Virus record (IMG/VR): IMGVR_UViG_3300029787_000002
Span: 1 to 64,000 of that record
DNA length: 64,000 nt
Direction: 5' to 3' (one strand)
From: a virus
In this document: one piece after another, positions 30,229-38,812 of the stretch
How positions within the stretch are numbered: the first letter of the stretch is position 1
How the letters are laid out: every line of letters starts with the position of its first letter
Notes under the pieces: generated by a model
Told to the model about the DNA's origin: nothing
The model's input: the letters and a program-made list of their open reading frames with translations, nothing else
The model's database searches: none
Position numbers and translations under genes: made by a program

Positions 30229-31821
30229 ATGTCTCAACTCTTCGGATTTTCACTCCAGAGAGCAAAGAAGGTTCCTAAGGGACCTTCTTTTGTTCAGAAG
30301 GATAGTATGGATGGTACGCAACCGATTGTCGGTGGCGGTCACTATGGATACTCTGTTGATTTTGATGGGACTATTCGTAATGAATATGAACTTATCTCTC
30401 GTTATCGTGAGATGGTTCTCCAACCAGAATGTGACAGCGCAGTAGATGATGTCGTTAACGAAACCATCTGCGGTAACTTTGATGATGTACCAGTTGAGGT
30501 TGAACTAAGCAACCTTAAGCAATCAGAAAAGATTAAGAAGTTAATAAGAGAGGAGTTCGATGAGATTCTCCGTCTTCTAGACTTTGATAATAGATCTTAT
30601 GAGATCTTCCGTCGTTGGTATGTTGACGGTAGATTATTCTATCATAAGGTCATTGACCCTAAGAATCCTCGTAGCGGACTTACAGAATTAAGGTATATCG
30701 ACCCTCGTAAGATTCGTAAAATAACTGAATTTGAATCGAAAGATCCAAGTGCAGTTCGTAGTGCCGACCTTAACACTCAACTTACACAACAGTCCCATAC
30801 TTACTATCTCTATAATCCTAAAGGATTAAGGAATACAACGAATCAAGGCATGAAAATTGCACCTGATTCAATCACTTATTGTCATTCTGGTATCCAGGAT
30901 CTCAATAAAAATATGGTGCTATCGCACCTACACAAAGCGATCAAGGCAGTTAACCAACTGCGTATGATCGAAGACTCTTTGGTTATCTACCGTTTGAGTA
31001 GAGCACCAGAACGTCGTATCTTCTATATTGATGTTGGTAACTTACCTAAGAACAAAGCGGAGCAATACCTTCGTGAAGTTATGGGTAGGTACCGTAACAA
31101 GTTAGTGTACGATGCAAACACTGGTGAGATCAAGGACGACAAGAAGTTCATGTCCATGATGGAAGACTTCTGGTTACCCAGAAGAGAAGGTGGAAGAGGA
31201 ACTGAGATCACTACTCTCCCAGGTGGACAAAACCTTGGAGAACTAGAAGACGTTAAGTACTTCCAGAAGAAACTTTATAAGGCACTAAACGTTCCTAACT
31301 CTAGATTAGAGTCAGAAGCGACATTTAATATTGGTCGTGCTGCTGAAATCACAAGAGATGAAGTTAAATTCCAGAAGTTCATTGCACGTCTCCGCAAGAG
31401 ATTTAGTGAACTATTCCATGATCTTTTAAAAACTCAACTCATTCTAAAGGGAATTATTTCCATTGAAGAATGGGAAACAATGAAGGAGCATATCCAATAC
31501 GATTATATTGCTGATAACTACTTTACAGAACTCAAGGAGATTGAGATCCGTAATGAGAGAATGAATCAAGTTAACGTAATGGATCCTTATGTTGGTAAAT
31601 ACTTCTCAGTGGAGTACTTACGAACACAAGTCCTCAAACAAACAGTACAGGAACAAAAGGAAATTGACAAACAGATTAAATCTGAACTTGAGTCTGGTGT
31701 TATACCTGATCCTGCAGCGGAAATGGATCCATCTATGGATCCTAATGCTGCCCCAGAAGAACAACAACAGGACGAACTTCCGCAAGTAGATCCAAGTGAT
31801 GCTCGCAGAGGAGAGTTCTAA
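30229..31821 (+). CDS. gp20: portal protein gp20
   Basis: WYVDGR; IYRLSRAPERRIFYIDVGN; EDFWLPRREGGRGTEI. Confidence 0.97.
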   Translation: MSQLFGFSLQRAKKVPKGPSFVQKDSMDGTQPIVGGGHYGYSVDFDGTIRNEYELISRYREMVLQPECDSAVDDVVNETICGNFDDVPVEVELSNLKQSEKIKKLIREEFDEILRLLDFDNRSYEIFRRWYVDGRLFYHKVIDPKNPRSGLTELRYIDPRKIRKITEFESKDPSAVRSADLNTQLTQQSHTYYLYNPKGLRNTTNQGMKIAPDSITYCHSGIQDLNKNMVLSHLHKAIKAVNQLRMIEDSLVIYRLSRAPERRIFYIDVGNLPKNKAEQYLREVMGRYRNKLVYDANTGEIKDDKKFMSMMEDFWLPRREGGRGTEITTLPGGQNLGELEDVKYFQKKLYKALNVPNSRLESEATFNIGRAAEITRDEVKFQKFIARLRKRFSELFHDLLKTQLILKGIISIEEWETMKEHIQYDYIADNYFTELKEIEIRNERMNQVNVMDPYVGKYFSVEYLRTQVLKQTVQEQKEIDKQIKSELESGVIPDPAAEMDPSMDPNAAPEEQQQDELPQVDPSDARRGEF

Positions 31822-31850
31822 GTTGCTAAATAAATACAGTAGGAGTTATT

Positions 31851-32165
31851 ATGCCTAGCGAAATCGCACAAACCATTGTCAACCAAATCTTTGGTGACGA
31901 AAAAGCGAAAGCAGTTGATTCGGTAAACGATGCCTTATCTGCTGCTGCATACGATGCAGTTCAACAACGTAAAGTTGATTTTGCAAAGAGTATGGGTTTT
32001 GAACTTGATGATACTGCACAGGATGCTGCGGATAAAATTTCCGATGAACTTCCTGATAATGCAGAAGAAATCCCAGAACCTACACAAGGAAACGTCGAAA
32101 CCCCTGAGGTAACAGACGAAACACAACCCGAAACTGAGGAAGAATCCGATGAGACTAATAGCTGA
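31851..32165 (+). CDS. acidic prohead core protein (gp67/68-like position)
   Basis: Between gp20 and gp21; acidic; CTAAATA and AGGAG upstream. Confidence 0.65.
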   Translation: MPSEIAQTIVNQIFGDEKAKAVDSVNDALSAAAYDAVQQRKVDFAKSMGFELDDTAQDAADKISDELPDNAEEIPEPTQGNVETPEVTDETQPETEEESDETNS

Positions 32166-32793
32166 AGAAATTAACCAAGTCGACTTTCTTTGCGAAGAGA
32201 AAGAAGGCAAGAAGAATTACTTCATTGAAGGTGTCTTTTTGCAAGCGGAACTAAAAAACCGCAACAACAGAATGTACCCTCTCAAGACTCTTACTAAAGA
32301 AGTCGCTAAATATGATGAGAACTACATTCAAAAAGGGCGTGCCCTTGGAGAACTAGGTCATCCTGATGGTCCATCTATCAACCTAGATAGGGTATCACAT
32401 AAAATTCTCTCATTGAGAGAAGATGGAAACAACTTCATCGGAAAGGCGAAGTTACTTGACACCCCTATGGGAAAAGTCGCCAAGTCACTGCTAGACGAAG
32501 GCGTAAAACTCGGTGTTTCATCGAGAGGCATGGGATCTATCCGCAAGGAAGATAACTGCAACGTTGTTATGGACGACTTCATGTTAGCAACTGCTGCTGA
32601 TATCGTCGCTGATCCTTCAGCACCCGACGCATTTGTCGATGGTATTATGGAAGGAAAGGAGTGGGTTTGGGATAATGGAATCCTAAAAGAGTCTGCTGTT
32701 GCTCAATTAAAAACAGAAATCGATCATGCAACCCTTTTAAATCTACAAGAACGCAAAGTTTCCGCGTTTGAGTCATTTCTAAAGAGTTTGTGA
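32149..32793 (+). CDS. gp21: prohead protease gp21
   Basis: ALGELGHP; LGVSSRGMGS; DIVADPSAPDAFV. Confidence 0.95.
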   Translation: MRLIAEEINQVDFLCEEKEGKKNYFIEGVFLQAELKNRNNRMYPLKTLTKEVAKYDENYIQKGRALGELGHPDGPSINLDRVSHKILSLREDGNNFIGKAKLLDTPMGKVAKSLLDEGVKLGVSSRGMGSIRKEDNCNVVMDDFMLATAADIVADPSAPDAFVDGIMEGKEWVWDNGILKESAVAQLKTEIDHATLLNLQERKVSAFESFLKSL

Positions 32794-32795
32794 TT

Positions 32796-32803
32796 TATAA
32801 ATA
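32796..32803 (+). promoter_or_regulatory. late promoter TATAAATA
   Basis: Perfect consensus upstream of gp22. Confidence 0.8.
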
Positions 32804-32841
32804 AATACAGACAACGCTAAAGCATAACGGAGTTTAAACAA

Positions 32842-33873
32842 ATGGCTGAGACCCTCGAAAAAAATCTTGATAACATGGATGAAGTGACCGAAGGTGCTAC
32901 CCAATCCAAAACAGCGGTTAACGACAAGGCAAAACCTGGTGACCCTATCGATACATCGAAAGGTGGTGCATCTAAGGTAATTGACGTTAACACTGATTCA
33001 GAAGAAGGCGCAAAAGGAACTAAGAACGCAGGTAAATCTGCAGCAGCACCAGTAGGTAAAGCACCTGTTCCGAGCACGAAACCTTCTGACGCATCCGCAA
33101 AAATGGAGGAAACCGAAGATGGCGAAGAAACAATCGCTGAAACCAAGTACGACTTTACTCAAGATGTTGACGCTCTTGTCGCTGGTGAAGAACTCTCAGA
33201 AGAGTTCAGAAACAGGGCAGTAACGATCTTCGAGGCAGTTGTAACTGAAAAGGTTAATGCTGAAGTTAAAGCGTTGCAAGAGGCATTTGAAGAGTCTCTG
33301 ACTGAAGAAGTCGAAAAAATCAAAACAGAATTGGCCGAGAAGGTTGATGACTACTTATCTTATGCTGCTGAGAACTGGATGAAAGAGAATAATCTCCAGA
33401 TCGAGCACGGTATTAAGAGTGAGATGAGTGAATCATTCTTCAATGGTCTAAAAAGTCTTTTCTTAGAGCACAACTTTAGTGTGCCTGAGGAAAAATTCAA
33501 TCTACTTGACGGTATGGTTGGAGAGCTTGATGATATGGAAAAGAAACTCAACGAAACAGTCGACACTAATGTTGCTTTAAACAAGCGCATCGGTGAGTTT
33601 ATTAAAATGGAAATCGTGAACGAGAGTGCTGTTGGTCTAGCAGAAACCCAAAAGGAGAAGTTAGCATCATTAGCAGAGGGTGTTGAGTTTGAGAATGAAG
33701 AAGATTTTCGTAAGAAGATCGAAACTATCAAGGAATCATACTTCACTAGGAAGGCTGAGATCGCAGAATCTGCGAAGGAACCCACCGAAGAAGCATCAGC
33801 ACCTTTGGTAGAATCAACAACAAGTGGCACAATGTCGAAGTACGTTGATGCAATCGCTCGTTGGTCCAAATAA
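32842..33873 (+). CDS. gp22: prohead core scaffold gp22
   Basis: LSEEF...A.TIFEA; KVDDYLSY..E.W; IKESYF. Confidence 0.92.
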   Translation: MAETLEKNLDNMDEVTEGATQSKTAVNDKAKPGDPIDTSKGGASKVIDVNTDSEEGAKGTKNAGKSAAAPVGKAPVPSTKPSDASAKMEETEDGEETIAETKYDFTQDVDALVAGEELSEEFRNRAVTIFEAVVTEKVNAEVKALQEAFEESLTEEVEKIKTELAEKVDDYLSYAAENWMKENNLQIEHGIKSEMSESFFNGLKSLFLEHNFSVPEEKFNLLDGMVGELDDMEKKLNETVDTNVALNKRIGEFIKMEIVNESAVGLAETQKEKLASLAEGVEFENEEDFRKKIETIKESYFTRKAEIAESAKEPTEEASAPLVESTTSGTMSKYVDAIARWSK

Positions 33874-33904
33874 TTTAAACTACTTACTCTATTAGAAAAA
33901 ACTA

Positions 33905-35284
33905 ATGACAGTTCAAAAACTACAAGAGAAGTGGGCACCCGTTCTTAATCACGACGCTCTCCCAGAGATCGGTGACTCTTATAAGAAAGGCGTAGTCGCA
34001 CAACTCTTAGAAAACCAAGAAAAAGCACAAATCGAAGAAGGTCAAATCCTTTCTGAGACTTTACAAACTACTGGTTATACTGGTGGCAGTACCGCTACAG
34101 GTCCTGTTGCAGGTTTCGACCCAGTACTTATCTCATTGATCCGTAGATCAATGCCTTCTCTAATCGCTTACGACATCGCAGGCGTTCAACCAATGACAGG
34201 TCCTACTGGACTTATCTTTGCGATGAGAACTAACTACGGTGCAGAAAGAGATCCTAACGCATCTGGTTACGATGAAGCATTCTTCAACGAACCAAACGCA
34301 GGTTTCTCTGGTGGTGCAGGCGGTTCTTACGATCCTGGCGCATCTGGTTCTGCAAACAACGACGCTGAAGGCAACAACCCTGCTGTTCTTAACGACGGTT
34401 CTCCTGGAACTTACGAACAGACTGGTGATGCTGCAGGCATGTCAACTGCTACATCTGAAGCATTAGACGACAGTGCATCTAACACTGCGTTCAGAGAGAT
34501 GGGTTTCTCCATCGAGAAGGTGACTGTTACTGCTAAGGCAAGAGCTTTAAAGGCAGAGTACAGCATCGAACTTGCTCAAGACTTGAAAGCAATTCACGGT
34601 CTTGATGCCGAGCAAGAACTTAGCAATATTCTCTCTACTGAGATTCTTGCTGAGATCAACAGAGAAGTTGTTCGTACTATCTTTACGAACGCTGTTGCAG
34701 GTGCACAGAACAACACTTCTACTGCAGGTATCTTCGACCTTGACGTTGACTCTAATGGTCGTTGGTCAGTTGAGAAGTTCAAAGGACTTCTTTTCCAGAT
34801 CGAAAGAGATGCTAACGCTATCGGTCAGCAAACTCGTCGCGGGAAGGGCAACATCTTGATCTGCTCTGCAGACGTTGCTTCTGCTCTAGGTATGGCAGGC
34901 GTTCTTGATTACGCTCCAGGTTTACAAGGTAACAACGCACTTACAGGTGTAGACGATACTTCTTCTACTCTCGTTGGTACTCTTAACGGACGCATCAAGG
35001 TTTACGTTGATCCTTACTCTGCTAACGTTGCTGACAAGCACTTCTACGTTGCAGGATACAAAGGTACTTCACCTTACGACGCAGGACTATTCTACTGTCC
35101 TTACGTTCCGTTACAGCAAGTTAGAGCAATCAACCCTAACACCTTCCAACCAAAAATTGGTTTCAAGACTCGTTACGGTATGGTTTCTAACCCATTCTCT
35201 GGCGGACTTACTCAAGGTTCTGGTGCACTTACTGCTAACGCTAACAAGTACTACAGAAGAGTACAGGTTGCAAACCTTATGTAA
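33905..35284 (+). CDS. gp23: major capsid protein gp23
   Basis: GVQPMTGPTGLIFAMR; ELAQDLKAIHGLDAE; YCPYVPL; PKIGFKTRYG. Confidence 0.98.
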   Translation: MTVQKLQEKWAPVLNHDALPEIGDSYKKGVVAQLLENQEKAQIEEGQILSETLQTTGYTGGSTATGPVAGFDPVLISLIRRSMPSLIAYDIAGVQPMTGPTGLIFAMRTNYGAERDPNASGYDEAFFNEPNAGFSGGAGGSYDPGASGSANNDAEGNNPAVLNDGSPGTYEQTGDAAGMSTATSEALDDSASNTAFREMGFSIEKVTVTAKARALKAEYSIELAQDLKAIHGLDAEQELSNILSTEILAEINREVVRTIFTNAVAGAQNNTSTAGIFDLDVDSNGRWSVEKFKGLLFQIERDANAIGQQTRRGKGNILICSADVASALGMAGVLDYAPGLQGNNALTGVDDTSSTLVGTLNGRIKVYVDPYSANVADKHFYVAGYKGTSPYDAGLFYCPYVPLQQVRAINPNTFQPKIGFKTRYGMVSNPFSGGLTQGSGALTANANKYYRRVQVANLM

Positions 35285-35307
35285 TAGGCAATATTGCTTA
35301 TCTTTTG

Positions 35308-35334
35308 AGAGGGTGCTTGACACCCTCTTTTTTT
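35308..35334 (+). terminator. gp23 terminator whose loop and T-run double as a sigma70 promoter
   Basis: AGAGGGTG-CTTGA-CACCCTCT plus T-run. Confidence 0.85.
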
Positions 35335-35344
35335 ATGCTATAAT
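35317..35344 (+). promoter_or_regulatory. sigma70-type early promoter
   Basis: TTGACA-N16-TATAAT with TG extension. Confidence 0.8.
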
Positions 35345-35349
35345 TTAAG

Positions 35350-35535
35350 AGTAACGACGGTTACGTCGGGAGTGACTGAATAAACTTACTGGCATATAGC
35401 TAGTTAAGGTGATGAGACACAGGTGGTGCTGCTACGAAAGTAGAATCGATTTACCAATCGGGTCTCAGGCAAGAATGTTTTTACTCTGTAGTAATGCCCA
35501 TTCTTTGTTGGTATACAGGATTCCAACCTCCCTCT
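35350..35535 (+). ncRNA. manA RNA: manA-family structured RNA
   Basis: Non-coding; GGGAG...CUCCC closing stem; GGUGGUGCUGC, CUAC-GAAA-GUAG, CUCAGGC, CUGUAG.AAUGCCC, GUUGG..CCAAC blocks recalled from manA motif RNAs of cyanophages. Confidence 0.72.
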
Positions 35536-35555
35536 ATATTATAAATAAAATTAAT

Positions 35556-35579
35556 AGGACTCATTAGCAGTCCTTTTTT
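35556..35579 (+). terminator. terminator after ncRNA
   Basis: AGGACT-CATTAGC-AGTCCT plus T-run. Confidence 0.6.
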
Positions 35580-35599
35580 AATACCTTAAATTTTAATAC

Positions 35600-35899
35600 A
35601 TGTTATCTACCGCTTATCGCCTTCGACTAGAAGGCATATGTAAATCTATCGCAGCAGGAACGGAAGTAAGTATAGACGATATGATATGGGCACAGAAACT
35701 AGCAAAATCAAATACGTCCGCAAGAGGTATGCTGAGTACAGCAAGACGTATGAATACGAATCCAGACGATTCTTTTCTTAACGGTCTGAATATTGGTGAC
35801 CCCGATTCAGGCAACCACCGTAGGGGTTTCTTTAATCCAGAAGAAGTAGTAGACTGGTTTCATCAAGAACGTTCAGATGATTGGAGACAACGCGACTAA
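35600..35899 (+). CDS. conserved picocyanobacterial/cyanophage hypothetical protein
   Basis: MLSTAYRLRLE.IC..I..G.EVS..DMIWA.KL; DDWRQRD. Confidence 0.75.
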   Translation: MLSTAYRLRLEGICKSIAAGTEVSIDDMIWAQKLAKSNTSARGMLSTARRMNTNPDDSFLNGLNIGDPDSGNHRRGFFNPEEVVDWFHQERSDDWRQRD

Positions 35900-36102
35900 T
35901 GAACACACAAGCAATGTCAGCACAACTTGGTGCTATTGATTTATCGGACATAGAAGCACAAAGAGATGCTATTCCACCTATGAAAGTAAACGAAATGAAT
36001 CTTTTATCTGATGCATTGAGGGTTGAACTTAAACAACTTATTAATGAAGTTCTAGACGAGAGGCAACGAGAAAGACCATTTGGAGGACTTGGGGGTAAGT
36101 AA
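35899..36102 (+). CDS. hypothetical protein
   Basis: TAATG coupling; LKQLINEVLDER. Confidence 0.65.
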   Translation: MNTQAMSAQLGAIDLSDIEAQRDAIPPMKVNEMNLLSDALRVELKQLINEVLDERQRERPFGGLGGK

Positions 36103-36308
36103 TGTTAGCAACGATCCTACTATTCAGTTGCATTCCATTTGTAACTGCCACTCTATGGTTTGGTACTAGGGGAGGATACTATGATACTGATGACTATGAT
36201 GGACATGGTACAGCACACAAAGTACTCTTAGATGATGAACCAAAAGTATACTGGTCAAGTGAAGCATTAGATCAGTTAGAAATGCTCCAGAAGAAAGAGA
36301 CTAAATAA
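36102..36308 (+). CDS. small membrane protein
   Basis: N-terminal TM then FGTRGGYYDTDDYDGHGTAH. Confidence 0.7.
   Translation: MLATILLFSCIPFVTATLWFGTRGGYYDTDDYDGHGTAHKVLLDDEPKVYWSSEALDQLEMLQKKETK
36265..36308 (+). repeat. 44-bp direct repeat, copy 1
   Basis: CATTAGATCAGTTAGAAATGCTCCAGAAGAAAGAGACTAAATAA. Confidence 0.95.
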
Positions 36309-36320
36309 AAAAAGAGATCG

Positions 36321-36599
36321 TCAAGATTGTACTTCTGGTGCTCTAAACTGCTGTGCATTAAAAGATTGAATTTCTGGATCAGTAATAATTTCCATAGAAA
36401 GAGGATTTCTTTTTTTGCCCCTTACGTTTGCAATTGCACATTTAAAATTATCAAGAACTTCATCAAATACATTATAAGTTTCTGCTGCAAATTTAAACTC
36501 ACCTCTTTCTCTTCCTGCTTGAAGAGTTTCTATCGCTTTGATAGATGTAACAAGATCCTTTATTTTCACGGATGCTCTTTGTGCTTTTTTGTTGGCCAT
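36321..36599 (-). CDS. 92-aa hypothetical protein in inverted cassette
   Basis: Only plausible ORF between the repeats; has its own minus-strand sigma70 promoter. Confidence 0.7.
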   Translation of the reverse strand: MANKKAQRASVKIKDLVTSIKAIETLQAGRERGEFKFAAETYNVFDEVLDNFKCAIANVRGKKRNPLSMEIITDPEIQSFNAQQFRAPEVQS

Positions 36600-36622
36600 A
36601 ATAAAATTTAATTAGTACTAGT

Positions 36623-36657
36623 ATCTTAACATAAAAAAAAGGAATGTCAAGCATTCC
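36623..36657 (-). promoter_or_regulatory. stem-loop sigma70 promoter
   Basis: Minus strand GGAATG-CTTGA-CATTCC-T8-ATGT-TAAGAT = TTGACA-N16-TAAGAT. Confidence 0.7.
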
Positions 36658-36682
36658 TATAAAATTGATTTCATAATATACT

Positions 36683-36726
36683 CATTAGATCAGTTAGAAA
36701 TGCTCCAGAAGAAAGATACTAAATAA
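36683..36726 (+). repeat. 44-bp direct repeat, copy 2 (43/44 identical)
   Basis: CATTAGATCAGTTAGAAATGCTCCAGAAGAAAGATACTAAATAA. Confidence 0.95.
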
Positions 36727-36745
36727 TAAAAGAGAATGACTTATT

Positions 36746-37336
36746 ATGATCACTGACATCAGATATGATGGGTTCATCGGTATATTCGATACCGAATACA
36801 ATACCCAACCCTTGATTGATTATTGGGAATACCAAAACAAAGTGGGATCTACATTTAAACGTAAAGGTTTATTTGGTAGAGAACGCAAAGCACATGCTCG
36901 TAAAGATACATGTCTTGCCACTGAAGACTTTATGTTGGATCACAACTGCGGTTATCAGTGGATGCGGGAATATAATGAAGTTACTGGTAGATGCCTTGAA
37001 GAATACATTGATCAGTTTGAACATCTTCTACATTATAGATATCAACAAGTATATCTGAATGTACAAAAGACTTTACCACAGCAAGGATATCATAGTTGGC
37101 ATTCAGAAGATGGTTCTTTAGGATGTAATCGTCGGATCCTTGCCACTATGATGTATCTTAATGATATTGCTGAAGGTGGTGAAACTGAATTTTTATATCA
37201 GTCTTTGAGGTATAAACCCAAACGAGGTCAGTTTCTTATCTGGCCAGCAGGTTTTACTCATGTACACAGAGGCAATCCTCCTTTGTCTGGTGAGAAATAC
37301 ATTTCTACATCATGGTTAGAAAATATAAACGCATAA
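36746..37336 (+). CDS. 2OG-Fe(II) oxygenase
   Basis: GYHSWHSE, MYLND..EGGETEF, WPAGFTHVHRG, KYI. Confidence 0.9.
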   Translation: MITDIRYDGFIGIFDTEYNTQPLIDYWEYQNKVGSTFKRKGLFGRERKAHARKDTCLATEDFMLDHNCGYQWMREYNEVTGRCLEEYIDQFEHLLHYRYQQVYLNVQKTLPQQGYHSWHSEDGSLGCNRRILATMMYLNDIAEGGETEFLYQSLRYKPKRGQFLIWPAGFTHVHRGNPPLSGEKYISTSWLENINA

Positions 37337-37337
37337 C

Positions 37338-37898
37338 ATGTCTGCACAAAACTGGTATCAAGAACAATTAACGAACAAGAACTTTCTATCTCCAATTGGA
37401 TTTGTATTCCTTTTGGAGAAAGCAAAGAAGGTTTCGTTTTTATGTCAGCGAGCAAGTATCCCAGAACTTAATGTTGGTGACATCCAAGTACCTACTAGAG
37501 GATTAGTCCGTGTTCCTATCGAAGGTAACATTGAATATGGAGACTTAACTCTAGAGTTTATCGTTGATGAAGATCTAAGAAATTATATGGAGATTCATAA
37601 CTGGTTGCGTGCATTAGGTACTCCTGATAATTACGGAGAAAGAACTTCATGGATGCAGGCAAACAGTGATAGAACATTTAATGACAGAGGATCTAAAGTA
37701 TCTGATGGCACATTACAAGTATTGAACAATAATAATATCGCAAACTTTGATGTAGTGTTTGAAGAGATGTTTCCAGTCAGTCTATCAACTCTGGACTTCA
37801 ACGTTACGAATACAGATACAGATTATCTTACAGCAAGTGTTACTTTTAAGTATCTTCTTTACGAGATCAGAAATACTAACCAACGTACTAGACGATGA
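37338..37898 (+). CDS. gp3: tail tube terminator / completion protein gp3
   Basis: NFLSPIGF; CQ.ASIP; L.LEFIVDEDL.NY.EI.NW; FP.SLS. Confidence 0.85.
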   Translation: MSAQNWYQEQLTNKNFLSPIGFVFLLEKAKKVSFLCQRASIPELNVGDIQVPTRGLVRVPIEGNIEYGDLTLEFIVDEDLRNYMEIHNWLRALGTPDNYGERTSWMQANSDRTFNDRGSKVSDGTLQVLNNNNIANFDVVFEEMFPVSLSTLDFNVTNTDTDYLTASVTFKYLLYEIRNTNQRTRR

Positions 37899-38272
37899 AG
37901 TTCGAGTTTGAACATCATTGGGGTGGAAATGACAATTGGTATACTAAATCTAAGCGATGGGCAAAGAAACAAAACCCATCCATGTCCCTCATTGCATCAA
38001 TTTTTATAGAATGGTTGCATAAATGGTGGATTGATGGTAAAATACAAATGGTCCTTGACGACGTTGATCGCCAAGTTGACCTGATACATTCCCAATGGGA
38101 GGCAAATGACACAGAACTCACCCCACACACAGTGGAGACAGGAGTATTTGGAGATGAAGGATGGTCTATCTCAATCACAAATCCGATTGTTGAAAGAAGG
38201 ACCGAACCAACTGTCTCAGGCATGGTTACTCCAAGCGATGCACAACGACTACAACAAGATGAAGGGGATTAA
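37895..38272 (+). CDS. hypothetical protein
   Basis: ATGA coupling to gp3; Trp-rich N-half. Confidence 0.6.
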   Translation: MKFEFEHHWGGNDNWYTKSKRWAKKQNPSMSLIASIFIEWLHKWWIDGKIQMVLDDVDRQVDLIHSQWEANDTELTPHTVETGVFGDEGWSISITNPIVERRTEPTVSGMVTPSDAQRLQQDEGD

Positions 38273-38351
38273 AGAACCTCCTAGTAAAGAAAGTGGTGTC
38301 CAGACATCAATGAAAGAATGGTTTCAAAACAATAAAGAGCAAGGAACATAA
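38106..38351 (+). CDS. hypothetical protein overlapping previous ORF
   Basis: GGAGG upstream; TAATG coupling to uvsY. Confidence 0.65.
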   Translation: MTQNSPHTQWRQEYLEMKDGLSQSQIRLLKEGPNQLSQAWLLQAMHNDYNKMKGIKEPPSKESGVQTSMKEWFQNNKEQGT

Positions 38352-38779
38352 TGAATCTGGAAAAACTGCAGGAACTGTGGAAGACAGATTGTCAGATCGA
38401 TACTGATTTGTATTGTGAAGAGTCAATCAAGATTCCACAGTTGCATCAAAGGTATTTGGAATTTTATAATACATACTCTCTTATGAAGAAGGAGAAAGAG
38501 GGTACGTTAAATGCATTAAAGAAAGATAAATGGTTATACTATAAAGGAAAAGCATCATCTCAAATCTACAAAGAGATGCCATTTGATTTAAAACTTACTA
38601 CTAAAGAAGAGATTTGGATGTTCATCGATGCAGATGAAGAGATCCGCAAGTTACGTTATAAGATTGATTATATCGATCAAGTATTATATTTCTTGGAAAA
38701 TGTTCTGAAGCAAATCAATACCAGAAATTTTCAAATTAAGAATGCTATTGAATGGACTAAGTGGAAAGAAGGTTCTTAA
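38351..38779 (+). CDS. uvsY: recombination mediator UvsY
   Basis: IP.LH..YL; YYKGKA; R.FQIKNAIEW. Confidence 0.9.
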   Translation: MNLEKLQELWKTDCQIDTDLYCEESIKIPQLHQRYLEFYNTYSLMKKEKEGTLNALKKDKWLYYKGKASSQIYKEMPFDLKLTTKEEIWMFIDADEEIRKLRYKIDYIDQVLYFLENVLKQINTRNFQIKNAIEWTKWKEGS

Positions 38780-38812
38780 TACTCTGATACATAGTGTAGT
38801 GACTTGAACACT

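Noticed and set aside
35350-35535. tRNA or group I intron
   Set aside because: No cloverleaf, T-loop or CCA; not interrupting a gene; fits the manA-type RNA better
36327-36611. Plus-strand 94-aa ORF in the cassette
   Set aside because: Cys/Phe-rich antisense shadow; promoter orientation favours the minus-strand ORF
36265-36726. CRISPR mini-array or IS element
   Set aside because: Only two repeats with a 374-bp gene-containing interval; no terminal inverted repeats, transposase or cas genes
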